Origin: Felis catus
Taxonomy: Eukaryota
DNA length: 64,000 bases
Direction of reading: 5' to 3'
Assembly (NCBI RefSeq): GCF_018350175.1
Contig: NC_058368.1
Location: forward strand, 134,170,001 to 134,234,000
Below, piece by piece: positions 26,787 to 38,394 of the stretch. Numbering within the stretch: the stretch's first letter is position 1; each line of letters opens with the position of its first letter. The position numbers were made by a program, and so were the translations under genes. The notes beneath the pieces are model-generated. The model was not told the DNA's origin. It saw nothing but the letters and a program-made list of their open reading frames with translations, and ran no database searches.

Positions 26787-27146
26787 AAGTGTTGAAGGCT
26801 AAGAACTTTCTATTACTTGCTACAAGTAAGGAGACGGGGCTATCTCTCAAGGCACTCTCTTCCAGTGGGTTTAATACAGGGAGGTTTTATTCAGTGTATC
26901 AGGGGGCAGGGACCAGAAGCTCCCATAGGCACTTCAGTTCAACTGCACATGCCTAGTATGTCAACATCCTTGCTAGGGCACACATGGTCTGTTCAACAAC
27001 TGCTAGAAAACTCTGCCCCTAGGAGTAGACCTTAGTATTATACTGATCTAAATGTAACTTCAGGACAATTCAGGGGGGCTTCTGTGCATGTCCTCAGCTC
27101 CAACCCAGCTCCAACTGGCTCATGTAAGGGGCCGTCAGGTGGGACA
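26787..27146. mobile_element. Possible LTR-derived insertion interrupting a MIR-like sequence
   Basis: The segment is bracketed by the direct repeat AACCTAACC (26778-26786, 27147-27155), has TGTTG near its start and ends GGACA. Family not recognised with certainty. Confidence 0.35.
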
Positions 27147-27500
27147 AACCTAACCTAGCAAGGGGCTTTCATGTGCAACACTGGTTGGGTGTCTCCTTGG
27201 CTGGAACTGCTGTTTCTGCAAAGCCAAACACATTCTTTCCCTGCTTTTGTGCCCTTCCCTTGTCTCTTTTGCCGATAACTTTCAGCCCTCTTATTTGAGT
27301 AACTTGCCACTGCATCCTAGGTAGCAGTCTTTTCTCTCGAAGGGAATTGCGTAACTTATTTATCTTTTCACTTATCTGTTTTCAGTTTTTCTCATCTGTA
27401 TAATGGACTTAAAAGCAGAATTCCCCTTGCGGGGTGATTGTGGAAGCCCCCATTGCCTAGCTAATGCATACGAGTTTCTTAACAAATGGGATGTATGTAG

Positions 27501-27869
27501 TGTTCAAAAACAAAATTCAGCTGAGTAAATTTGAACTGGTTTTTATTCAGTGATTCCTGAATCAGGCAGTATCTCATCTAGCAAATAGAAAGGAAGAGCT
27601 GCATTTTGTTTTTTATTTTTTTTAAGGCAGGACGAGAAAAGTATGGATTATTTTAGACAAAGTCACTATCCTTTTCATTTAGGGAATGAAAAGAGTATAT
27701 TAGGTAGATTGCCTCACTAGTGCTGTCCAGGACATTCCAGACTGATCAGTTTAGATTACATTTCTGGAAGGGGCTGAAACTTCAGATAGGTTAGGTAGTA
27801 ACTATTGGTTTACTGACACGAAGTTTAGCACAAGTGACTCTGCTGTGGGCTTGTTGTGTCTTTTAAATA
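27501..27869 (-). mobile_element. Probable solo ERV1-class LTR
   Basis: Starts TGTT and ends AATA (CA decayed). 4-bp TSD GTAG at 27497-27500 and 27870-27873. TTTATT (minus-strand polyA signal) lies ~40 bp from the left end. Confidence 0.65.
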
Positions 27870-28877
27870 GTAGGAACTCTTACTTTAAACAAAATAGCAC
27901 ATCTTTCGTCATCATCAACATTAATAAATTCTGTTAGAGGTATAATTTGCGTTATATAAATACTGACCTAAGATGTGTTATATTTTTGGATGTATGCTGA
28001 GAATTAGACCACTCTTTGGGGTCTTTAATTTTAATCTCAAGGTGTATGGAGGGAGTGAACCTCACACTGATGCAATCTAGACCACATGGCATATGGTGTA
28101 GTGTCGTGCAGACAGTTCTTGGTTTTGGCTAGATACCAGAGTGAACTGATGTCCCGAGAGGAGAAGGGCTGCAAGTAGACCAACGGCATCTGTCAGCCTC
28201 TCAGAATTCCTCCAGGCTGGCCCCCCTGTGTGTTGTTTCGCTGTGGTGCTTCTCAATGCCCCGTCTCTTCTTCAGCTCCAAAGGTTAGCTGCGGTTTTTA
28301 TTTCACCCTTGGAGACCTAACCCCTGACTCACTCTTCTAATCTCTCTTGGACAAAATGCTCTTCACTTTTACAAACTTATAGTAAGAGGTCTCCGATCCC
28401 TGTACCACTGTGACCCTGAGGTATCCCTTGGCAATAGAGGGCAGATCAGAGTTTTGGTCAGTAGCAGTCCAAGGGTTCACACAGAGTCTGGAACCATCTC
28501 CTTCTGAAGGGATCCGGAAAAACAGATCTTTCAGAATAGCAAGCTTAAATAACTCGGCCCCCACATGCTATTTTTAGGTACTTAGTATATACTCTGACTC
28601 AGGGTTGGGCCCTATTTTCAGAGTCAGAAAGCCCTGCCATGTAGGTGGTCTTGGGGGTTCCACTTGAGGATGGGAAACCTGCAGTCTGCATTTCTATGAG
28701 TTTTTGTTGTTGTTGTTGTTCCTCTCTTTTGGTTGGAATTGCACCCTGCATTTTCCTCCCTGACATTTCTGTGGTAGCCAGGCATGGGATTAAAGGGTGA
28801 TCGAACATGTGGACATGGGTTTACTACTGTCTGGATAGTAAAAAGGATAAAGTAGTAGAAAGGATAAAACTCCTTTT

Positions 28878-29059
28878 TATTTGTAAGTTTATTTGTTTTG
28901 AGAGGGAGAGAGAGAGAGCGCGCACCAGTAGCCTGCCCAAGCAGCCTCTGCACTGTCAGCTTGGAGCCTGATGTGGGGCTCCAACTCATGAACCATGAGA
29001 TCGTGACCTGAGCTGAAATCAAAAGTCAGACACTTAATTGACTGAGCTACCCAGGCCCC
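28878..29059 (-). mobile_element. Older CanSINE
   Basis: Reverse SINE ending CCAGGCCCC. TSD AGGATAAA(A/G)CTCCTTTT at 28861-28877 and 29060-29076. Confidence 0.92.
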
Positions 29060-29082
29060 AGGATAAAGCTCCTTTTACTAAC

Positions 29083-29305
29083 TTTTTTTTTTTTTAATTT
29101 TTTTAACATTTATTTATTTTTGAGACAGAGAGAGACAGAGCATGAACGGGGGAGGGTCAGAGAGAGGGAGACACAGAATCCGAAACAGGCTCCAGGCTCT
29201 GAGCCGTCAGCACAGAGCCTGACGCGGGGCTCGAACTCACGGACCTCGAGATCGTGACCTGAGCCGAAGTCGGCCGCTTAACCGACTGAGCCACCCAGGC
29301 GCCCC
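29083..29305 (-). mobile_element. Young CpG-rich CanSINE (SINEC_Fc2-like)
   Basis: Reverse SINE ending CCACCCAGGCGCCCC. TSD AACTTTTTTTT on both sides. Confidence 0.96.
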
Positions 29306-29462
29306 AACTTTTTTTTTTTTTAAACCCATCTACCAAATGGTCATAAATAACATTCTATGATAGTTCACATGGAGCCATAATTCAACACAAATGATTTCAA
29401 TTTATATTTGGTCCTCAGGTTATATGTGATAATTTACACTGCATTTCAAATGCACAACACTA

Positions 29463-29670
29463 GAGGCAGCTGGGTGTCTTAGTCGGGTGAGTGTCTGACT
29501 TTGGCTCAGGTCATGATCTCAAAGTGCTTGAGTTTGAGCCCTGCTTCAGTCTCTGTGCCATCAGCACAGAGTCTGGAGTCTGCTTCAGATTCTGTGTCTC
29601 CCTCTCTCTCTGCCCCTCCTCTGCTCATGCTCTGTCTCTCTCTCTCTTGAATAAACATTAAAAAAATTAT
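29463..29670 (+). mobile_element. CanSINE, diverged
   Basis: Body and tail present. TSD AAA(T/C)GCACAA(C/G)ACT at 29448-29461 and 29671-29684. Confidence 0.9.
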
Positions 29671-30435
29671 AAACGCACAAGACTTATTTTTATATTGAAT
29701 AGGTATAATCAAGTGAACTAAATTTCAGTGGTATAGTAATGGTAATAGAACAGCCGTCTACATTCAATCACTTTCCACTATTTGCATCCTTCTAGTGGTT
29801 TTGCCATGAGCATAGTGGCTAACCAGTTGCTTGATGGACTGGCAGAAGAGCCCCTAGCCATCACCACTAGTAGCTTTATAATCCCTTGTCAAAAGTCAGC
29901 AGAGCCCTGTGGACATTCCAAATAACATTGGAACTGAACAAATTCTTACACAAAGCTGTTTTCCTGTAGAAAATGGCAAGAGCAATGTAATAGAACTAAA
30001 GATTTCCCTTAAAGAATGAGGGCAATTTAGAACTTAAGCCCATATTTTAAAATCAAACTGTGTGAAAGGTGAACATATGTCTCAGTATATACTTATTGTC
30101 CTAGTGTAATTATTAGGGGTACTTCTTATTACTCTCAAAACTGCATGGGCTTGGTTGGACCCTTAATGTTATGGTCACTGGAATAATGAGGCACATGGGA
30201 ATTTGGAGCCTGAGTACTGCCTATGTAATCTTAATATCAAAATTAGAGTACCGACAAGATGTCACTTGGCAGCAAATTTGGCTTGCAGAATCACTGATGT
30301 TCTTAAAAGTTCCATGGTAATAAATGCTCTTTCATAGATGTGCATGATCTTAATATTTAATTATGTCCCTTGTGCAAGGTTTGAAATAATCACAGACTAT
30401 TATGTTTATTCTTTATACACATTCTCCTTTTTAAA

Positions 30436-30639
30436 AAAAATTTAAAAATGTTTATTTTTGAGAGAGACAGAGCACAAGTGGGTTAGGGACAGAGATAGAG
30501 GGAGACACAGAATCCAAAGCACGCTCCAGGCTCTGAGCTGTCAGCACAGAGCCTCATGTGGGGGTCGAACTCACAAGCTATGAGATGATGACATGAGCTG
30601 AAGTTGGACGCTCAACCTACTGAGCCACCCAGGTGCCCC
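30436..30639 (-). mobile_element. CanSINE
   Basis: TSD ACATTCTCCTTTTTAAA at 30419-30435 and 30643-30659. Confidence 0.94.
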
Positions 30640-31229
30640 TGAACATTCTCCTTTTTAAAGAAGGTAGAGATGTCTTGCAAAATCAAACCTAAAAGAAAAA
30701 AAATAAGTGGCAAAAATTGGTGAAAGTAAGAAATAAGGTTAGTAAAAGTAAAATGAAACCAGGGACATCATTAATACTCCAAATGTATGCTTTCAAGTCT
30801 TGTAGTGGCAAATCAAACTTCCGTTTTGAGCTTCCTGGCAGCCAATGAAAAGAAAAATGATCAGTTACGTGATTTACATTATGCATACAAAAGAAAAAAG
30901 AATAGTAGGTATATGAGAGACATTGATGCTGCTCAATTCCAATAATGATTACAACAGAAACTTCAAGGTGCTTAGAAAACTCTATCCTCCACACTCACCT
31001 CAAACTCCTTTTTGTCCTTTTCTTTCCTTTGGCAACTCTGCCATGGGAATTCCCCTCAACTGTTTCCCCCCAAAACTCAACTCTCAAATATTTCCTTGAA
31101 CTTTTTATCTACCTGGCCACTAACTAAGCCAGAGGGCAATAGACAGTTTCCTTAGGTAAGCCTCAACAGTCACTGAAATAACTGACCAACCAGTGTTCCA
31201 TTTGCATCTAAATTAATCTTGGCTACTTC

Positions 31230-31295
31230 TTTTGTACACCTGAAACTAATAGGTTAACTAACTGGAATTTAAATAAAATCTTTAAAAAAAAAATG
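31230..31295 (+). mobile_element. Very short carnivore L1 3' end
   Basis: TGTACACCTGAAACTAAT...GTTAACTAACTGGAATTTAAATAAAA plus A tail. Comparable to the reversed 3' end of the L1 at 33646. Confidence 0.75.
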
Positions 31296-31300
31296 GTTCA

Positions 31301-31423
31301 GGGGCACCTGGGTGACTCAATCAGTTGAGTGCCCCACTCTTGATTTTGGCTCAGATTATGATCCCAGGGTTTTGGGATCAAGCCCTGCATTGGGCTCTGC
31401 ACTGAGATTGGAGCCTACTTAAG

Positions 31424-31473
<50 letters not shown>

Positions 31474-31530
31474 CCTCCCCTGCTCACACACGTGCACTTT
31501 TGCTCTTTCTAAAAAAAAAAAAAATTTACA
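31301..31530 (+). mobile_element. Older CanSINE with expanded (CT)n
   Basis: GGGGCACCTGGGTGACTCA...CTCTTGATTTTGGCTCAG...GATCCCAGGG older-type body. CT repeat at ~31425-31470. Confidence 0.9.
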
Positions 31531-31635
31531 AAATTTCTCACAAAAAATTTAAATATTGGCCACTTCCCAAAACACCAGGTTCTCTAGGAATCTATCCTTT
31601 GATTGTGTCTCTTATTGCTTTGTGTTTTCTTCTTG

Positions 31636-31765
31636 TCATCCTTTTTTCTACTGCATTGCCTTCTTGTCCTTCCCACCAACTTTCCCTTCACTTCTTCCCT
31701 TCTTCTTCTCATCCTTTTTTCTACTGCATTGCCTTCTTGTCCTTCCCACCAACTTTCCCTTCACT
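31636..31765. repeat. Local duplication: 57-bp identical copies at 31636-31692 and 31709-31765 (period 73)
   Basis: TCATCCTTTTTTCTACTGCATTGCCTTCTTGTCCTTCCCACCAACTTTCCCTTCACT occurs twice. Confidence 0.95.
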
Positions 31766-33645
31766 GGTCCTCTTCTCTGAATTTTCCTTCCGTGTATTGC
31801 CATAATAGAAACCTGAGTGCTCTTTGAAAATACCACTCTTTACTTCATCCTATTTGTTCCTCCGGTGTTTCACTCTCTTACATGCCACAGGCCATCAAAT
31901 CAAGATTGAATTGGATCTCTCTAAATGCCTATTTCTATCTCCAGGTCAATACATACATTCCTGTGTGAAAGTGCTTCTCTTCTGTGGTCTGTGCCATCGT
32001 TATCATCCATTTCTTGACCCACCTCTTGCACATGAGTCACACTGAAGCTCATCACTCCAAAATTCAGGTGGCTCACAATCTTAGTACCTTTGCCTCCACA
32101 TTTCTTAATCTCCTCATCACTTCTGCCTCTGCTTCGGCTACTTACTTCCATTTTATCTTCTGAATTCTTAGCTGCACCCTCCTGTTTTGAAAAAAACCTC
32201 CTATCTGCCTTATCAATCTTACCTTTTTGCCTCCCTCAACATTCCCTTGAAGTTCACTGAAACCTTGAGTGTTTTGAATGCTCTGTTATGTCTGGGTGTG
32301 TTACCATTCTAGAGGCTGTGTTTCCTTCTCTATTTAAATACCTTCCTGCTTCACTGTTGCCTTACTCTCCTATTCTGTCACCAATGTTCGCTTTCCCTCT
32401 TGACTTTCTGCTGTATGCTCCTCACAGTATCCACCTTGGGACCCATGTAAATATTTGCATTTTACTTTTACACTAGCTTCAGGCACAGCCAGAGAAAATC
32501 TCATTCCATCCAAGTTTTCATGTTGATGCCATTAGCAGTGTCCAGTCTCTAGCCTGGTTGGGGTTATCCTTTAAGTCTGTAACCAGTCAGCTCTTGATGA
32601 TGGCTGATCTAGAACTTTTTCCTGCCATGTATCTGTGAGCAACTTGAATTCAGTTTCTGGCCTTGGCTGGAACACTGTAAATATTGAGTAAATGTTTGTT
32701 GAATGAATGATACCTTCATACTAGTCTCATTTTTCTTATCTTACTTCCTCCCCATTCACTGGCAACCAATAATCTTGCCTCTTTTTCATGGAGAACAGAG
32801 AATCCATTCCAGAGAGATCTCTCTCAACTTCCTGTACCTCCCCTCTCCTTTATTTCTAACTAATTGAAAGAGGTATTCACTCATATGTCCAGGGCTCATC
32901 CCTTCAACTGTGCTCTGAATCCTTTTGCTGATTGTAATTCCCAGCTAGCTCCAAACGCACTTACTCTGGGAACTCCTTTGAAGCTACTCTTGCCAATATA
33001 CCAAAGTTGTCAAATCTGGTGGAAAATCTTCCATATTGTTTCCTCAATCTTCTTTGTCACTTATTCCTTCCTTCTTGCCACTGTCCTGCCTTGGTTTGTT
33101 TGACACTTTGCTCCTGTGTCTTGTTGTTGCTTCTCAGAAGCCTTCATGGATACCTTCCTATTTATCCACACTTCTGATGGATGTGTCTCCCAGAGTTAAA
33201 TTCTCCTTACTCTCTTGCTTCAAACTATACCACCTCCTTTGGTGACATCAGTCATGTTCAGTTTTTATCATGGACACTGTGATGATCCCAAGGCTGCATT
33301 TCCAATCAAGAACTCTCCCTTGGAGTTTCTGATTACTGTAGATTATTCACTTTTGGATGATCCATGGACACTTCACAACTAAACATGGCTAAAAACAAAC
33401 TCATCACCTTTCAAAGCCTTCCGACATTCAATATTTGGGATTGATGCTGCTGTCCGTCTTCTCATTAATCTTGGAAACAGCCAAGTCCTCTTTTCTCGCT
33501 CCCTGCTGTATCTGGTCCATCTTCAAGACCTTCAATTCTGCGTTCTCATTATTTTCCATTTTCATGCTCTTCCTTCCGTTTCTATTGTCATTGTTTTAGT
33601 TCGGGCCCTCATTATTTCTTATCTGAATCCCTGCAACAGATTCTT

Positions 33646-33857
33646 TTTTTAAATTAAATTTTTAATTTTAATTCCAGTATAGCTAACATACAGTGTTATA
33701 TTGGTTTCAGGTGTACAATATAGTGATTCAACAATTCTATACATTACTCAGTGCTCATCGTGATAAGTGTACTTTTAATCCCCTTCACCTATCTCATCCC
33801 ATTCCTCTATCTACCTCCCCTTTGGTAACCAACAATTTGTTCACTATAGTTAAGAGC

Positions 33858-33891
<34 letters not shown>

Positions 33892-34606
33892 TTCTATTTC
33901 TTTTACTTTGGCCATTTGTTTTGTTTCTTAAATTCCACATATCAGTAAAATCTTATGGTATTTGTTTTTCTCTGATTCCCTTCTTTTACTTAGCATTATA
34001 CTGTTTAGTTCCATCCATGTCATTGCAAATTGCAAGATTTATTTCCTTTTTTAATGAATGATATTCCATTGTATGTGTATGTGTGTATATCTGTATCTGT
34101 ATCTATATCTACCACATTTTCTTTATCCATTCATCTATAGATGGACTTTTGAGCTACTTCCATAATGTAGCTACTGTAAATAATGCTGCAATAAACAAAG
34201 GGGTGCATGTACCCCTTTGAATTGGCATTTTTGTATTTTTGGTGTGATTTCTGGGTTGTAGGGTAGTTCCTTTTTTAACTTCTGGAGGAATTTCATAATG
34301 TCTTCCACAATGGCTGCATCAATTTATGTTTCCACTAAGAGACCACAAGGGTTTCTTTTTCTCGATATCCTCACCAACACTTGTTTCCTCTTTTTGATTT
34401 TAGTCATTCTGACAGGTTTGAGGTGATACCTCATTGTAGTTTTGATTTGCATTTCTCTGATGATGAGTGATGTTAAGCATATTCTCATGTGTCTTTTGGC
34501 CACCTGGATGTCTTCTTTGGAGAAATGTCTGCTCATGTCTTCTGCCCATTTTTAATAGGATTATTTGTGGTTTTAGTGTTGAGTTATATAAGTTCTTGGT
34601 ATATCA
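33646..34606 (-). mobile_element. 5'-truncated carnivore L1 (L1_Carn-like), ORF2 end and 3' UTR
   Basis: ORF 34324..34536 [34 protein letters not shown] is L1 ORF2p C-terminal sequence. TSD TG(C/T)AACAGATTCTT at 33632-33645 and 34607-34620. Confidence 0.93.
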
Positions 34607-34876
34607 TGTAACAGATTCTTAACTGGTCTCATAGTAAGGTAAATTCATCTATCGTATGACTGGCAGTGTGATTTTTCTGAAAGGGAAATCTTAACACATT
34701 ACACCCATGCTTTAAATCCTTCCATGTCTCCTCTCCTTTTTAGGATCAAGTTCAAAATTCCTATTAGGGTGCATGAAGTTCATGTTGATGTGATCACCAT
34801 CTGTTTTATAGCATCATCACTCAACCATAGCAATATTATGCACATGCCACTTCCCTTAGTGTGCCTTATGCTCTTT

Positions 34877-35086
34877 TTTTTAAAAGTTTGTTTATTTATT
34901 TTGAGAGAGAGCGAACATGGGTGGGGAGGGGCAGAGAGAGAAGACCAGGGAGAGAATCCCAAGGGAGAGAATCTGCACTGTTAATGCAGAGCCTGACGTG
35001 GGGCTTGGACTGACAAACCCTGAGATCATGACCAGAGCCGAAATCAAGAGTTGGATGCTTAACCGACTGAGCCACCCAGGTTCCCC
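34877..35086 (-). mobile_element. Older CanSINE
   Basis: TSD TGCCTTATG(C/G)TCTTT at 34862-34876 and 35087-35101. Confidence 0.93.
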
Positions 35087-36751
35087 TGCCTTATGGTCTT
35101 TGCCTCGCACCTTGGTACAAGCTGTTCCTCTGTCCAGCGTACTTTGTTTCTGTTTCTCCCTCCTGGCTCAGATCCCTCTTTCTGGAAAGCCTCTTCTAAA
35201 CTTCTAGAGCATGCACCTTAAGCCTGTATCTTCAGGTTGTGCTATTTTTCTGTGTCCTACAAAACTGTGGGGACCTCAAGTAGGAATTATTTCTCTCTTA
35301 CTTTTAATACTTATACCACCCCACCTCTGACCCTCACTTACCAGTTTTCACAAATGGCATTTTCTACTCTAAGTAGATTCTAGAAACCAGCTTAAATTTT
35401 ATCCAATAAAAGCACAGTCTTAAGGCAATAGTTTGTCATTGCTACTATGCATAAAGGTATACAGGAAAGCCCAGAGGGCCACACCTGTGTAGCTTTTGCA
35501 CCAAAGCAACGTTAGAATATCTGTGTGATTTTGATGTATCTATTTGTAGCAGCAGCTAAGATAATTAAAGTTTGGGAATACTACAAAAAGTGTGTAAATT
35601 CACTTTTCAATTATGCATTATATATAGAAAGATAAAATGTAATTTTATACAAAGAGCTGTGTAATGTCATATTTACCCACAAGATTTTGGAAATTGTTCT
35701 TTATGGAAGGTTCAGCTTAACTTTCCACACTGCCACTGTACAACCTCTAGCAATAGCACAATTTGCTGTGTCATTAAATTCTGTTCAATTTCTCACTTCC
35801 TAAATGTATTTGGCTTGTGTCAGATGATACTTCCACTTCCCTAGCCCTTTAGTGTTTGCAGGGCGTACCTATCAGGAGAGGATGTGATCCAGGCAGATGG
35901 AAATCTTGTTTCTCATGTCTGTAATAGGGCACTGCACCCCGTTTAACTTTGGACTTATGAACTTCCCATCTGGGACTTCGAGGCCCCTGGTTTGCATCAA
36001 CTTATATACAATCTCAAGCTCTTTGGCAGTTCAGAATCACATGATCTTGGGGGAAGGAAATTTAGCATTATGCTGATTTTTCATTGTACATTGTACCTGT
36101 AGTGTTTAGTTTGCTCCAGCTTTCTCTTTCCTTTCCTTCTTTACTTGGAATTGTGTTTCCTGTTTATATGAACTGGGGTGATATGGAGACCTCAACAGAC
36201 AATAAATCCTGCAGGGCAAAGGCAGACTGAGATAGGAAAACATTCTTTCACTCGGCACAATGGACAAGGCAGCTCTGGAGCTGCCGTATGGCTTTTATGG
36301 TTTTTGTTTTTGTTTTTGTTTTTGTTTTTTTTCAATTCCCAGTGTGGGTTGTGCATAAGGAAGGACCAAGAGCAGCATACTATTTGTCTCTATTCCGATT
36401 CTCACTCAGAAAAAGCTCCAGGAAACAGAGATAGTGGACAAGAGTAGAATCATATTTGATCTGCTGACTACAGTTTAATTATGAATAGAATCAGGGAGAA
36501 ACTGATTTCTGAACTCTCTCTTTGCTTCCTATCTTTAGATTCTCCAAGACAAAATACAAGAAAATGTTAATGTTTGATCTACAGAATGAGCTCCATTTGG
36601 AGATGTGATTCTCTCTGCTTCTGGGTTATTTGCTTAATTTATTAGAGTGGTTCAAATAATAGGATATTATTGTATTGGGCTTTCCAGTCAAAACTCCCAT
36701 TTTATAGTTGAAAAAACTGAAGTCAAGAAAGATGATAGATCTTGTTTTCTT

Positions 36752-36788
36752 TTATTTCTTTCTTTTTGAGACAGCATAAGTGGGGGAG

Positions 36789-36828
<40 letters not shown>

Positions 36829-36956
36829 CCGAAGCAGGCTCCAGGTTCCAGGCTCCAGCCTGTCAGCATAGAGCCCAATGCCTGAACCCACAAGCTGTGA
36901 GATTATGACCTGAGGCAAAGTCGGATGCCTAACTGACTGAGCCACCCAGACGCCAC
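36752..36956 (-). mobile_element. CanSINE with (GA)n expansion
   Basis: TSD TAGATCTT(G/C)TTTTCTT at 36736-36751 and 36957-36972. Confidence 0.92.
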
Positions 36957-37769
36957 TAGATCTTCTTTTCTTAAGGTACAGGATTCCCTCTGTCCCTGCT
37001 CATGTCTATTTCTTCTCAGTACATACTCGCCTCCTTTGTCTGGCCCCAGTTCCACAAACACATGTGCATGTTAGCAATCCTGGTTGCATTCAGGGTTCAC
37101 TGGCAGCGGTAGGCTGAGTGTAAAGCTGCAGTTCCTGAAAGCGCCATCAAATCGAAAATGGGAAATTACAACTCAGTCACTTACTCGGCGCTCATTTCAG
37201 AAGAGAAGAAAGAGAGCAGGCATGTGTTTCTCAAGCTCTTTGGGGAAGGAGCAATTTATAGGAAATAACATCTCAAATCCTTGAGACCATCTGTGATACT
37301 CCGTGAAGGCTGTCCAATATCAAATTTCTGGACAAAAACACAGGAACTCCTGAGAAGTTTGGATTGTTTTTAGCAAGGAAAGAGGTGAGAGGAGCTATGA
37401 AGATGTGGAGGAGAACAAGCATGTCTGTACAGAGAAGGGTTAAAAGACAGGCAACCCCCTCAGGTGACCAGTTGGTCTAGATCTGTGCAATAAATCTCTG
37501 GACAGTTGTTCAAAGTCTGAGAAATCTGTGTTTATAAGTCAGCTGAAACACCTGCTCAGATTTCACTTTTGGGTTGCTTATGTCCTGCAGAATTTAGCTT
37601 TAGTTTTAAAAGGTGACGAGTGATTAGTGAAGCTGACCCTGACCCCTTTTGAATGTCTCACATTAAATGAATCGTATCTTGCGGAGACAACGTGTGTGTG
37701 GGTAAAGCATCAGCTGTCAGTGTATCTGAAGAGGAATAAACAATAGGCTGAACTCTTAACCATTCCTTT

Positions 37770-38110
37770 AACTCTTTATTTTAAACTACGCATAGACTTT
37801 CAAGACGTTGCAAAATATAAGAGAGAAAGGTTCTACATGCTCTTCACTCAGCTAACCGCCCCCTTCAAGTAACATCTCAACATAGCTAATTTATTATCAA
37901 AGCCAGGAAATTGATGCTGACATAAGACAATTTCCTAGACTACAAATCTTGTTCATATTTCACCAGTTTCTAGAAGGACCCATTTGGTGTATCTGTGGCT
38001 CCCAGGAATTTTATCATATGTCTAGACATGTACCCACCAACACAACCAAGATACAGAACTGTTCTGTGACTATAAGGGGACCCCTTTATACTACTCTTCT
38101 GTACTCCCTC
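37770..38110 (-). mobile_element. Old L1M 3'-end fragment
   Basis: TAGACTTTCAAGACGTTGCAAAA, ATCAAAGCCAGGAAATTGA, ACCAAGATACAGAACTGTTC motifs. Confidence 0.6.
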
Positions 38111-38394
38111 CCATTGTTTACAGGTGTGAGTGACAGGTTGGTAAGGACTAAGAAGATACTGTGTCAAATACAATGAAGGCTGCTCTCCTTGGTCTTACTG
38201 AACGAGGCTTTTGCCCAAACCATGTCCTATTTTTCTTGTTTATAGAGCTGAAATTGATGTTCCAACATTTCATCCTTCTTATTATATATCATGGATAAAC
38301 TGAAGAGTGTTTTAAAGATGCATTCTTCTTTCAGGATGAAAAGAAAAGACGTTTTCAGAAATGTTTTACCTTACGTTAAAAAGCAGATGGTCTT

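Larger units (their letters stand above)
32740..35210 (+). mobile_element. L2 ORF2/3' region, interrupted by an L1 (33646-34606) and a CanSINE (34877-35086)
   Basis: Pyrimidine-rich L2 motifs (AAACATGGCTAAAAACAAACTCATCACCTT; GGGCCCTCATTATTTCTTATCTGAA...AACAGATTCTT|AACTGGTCTC; CCCATGCTTTAAATCCTTCCATG) are colinear across the insertions. Confidence 0.75.
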
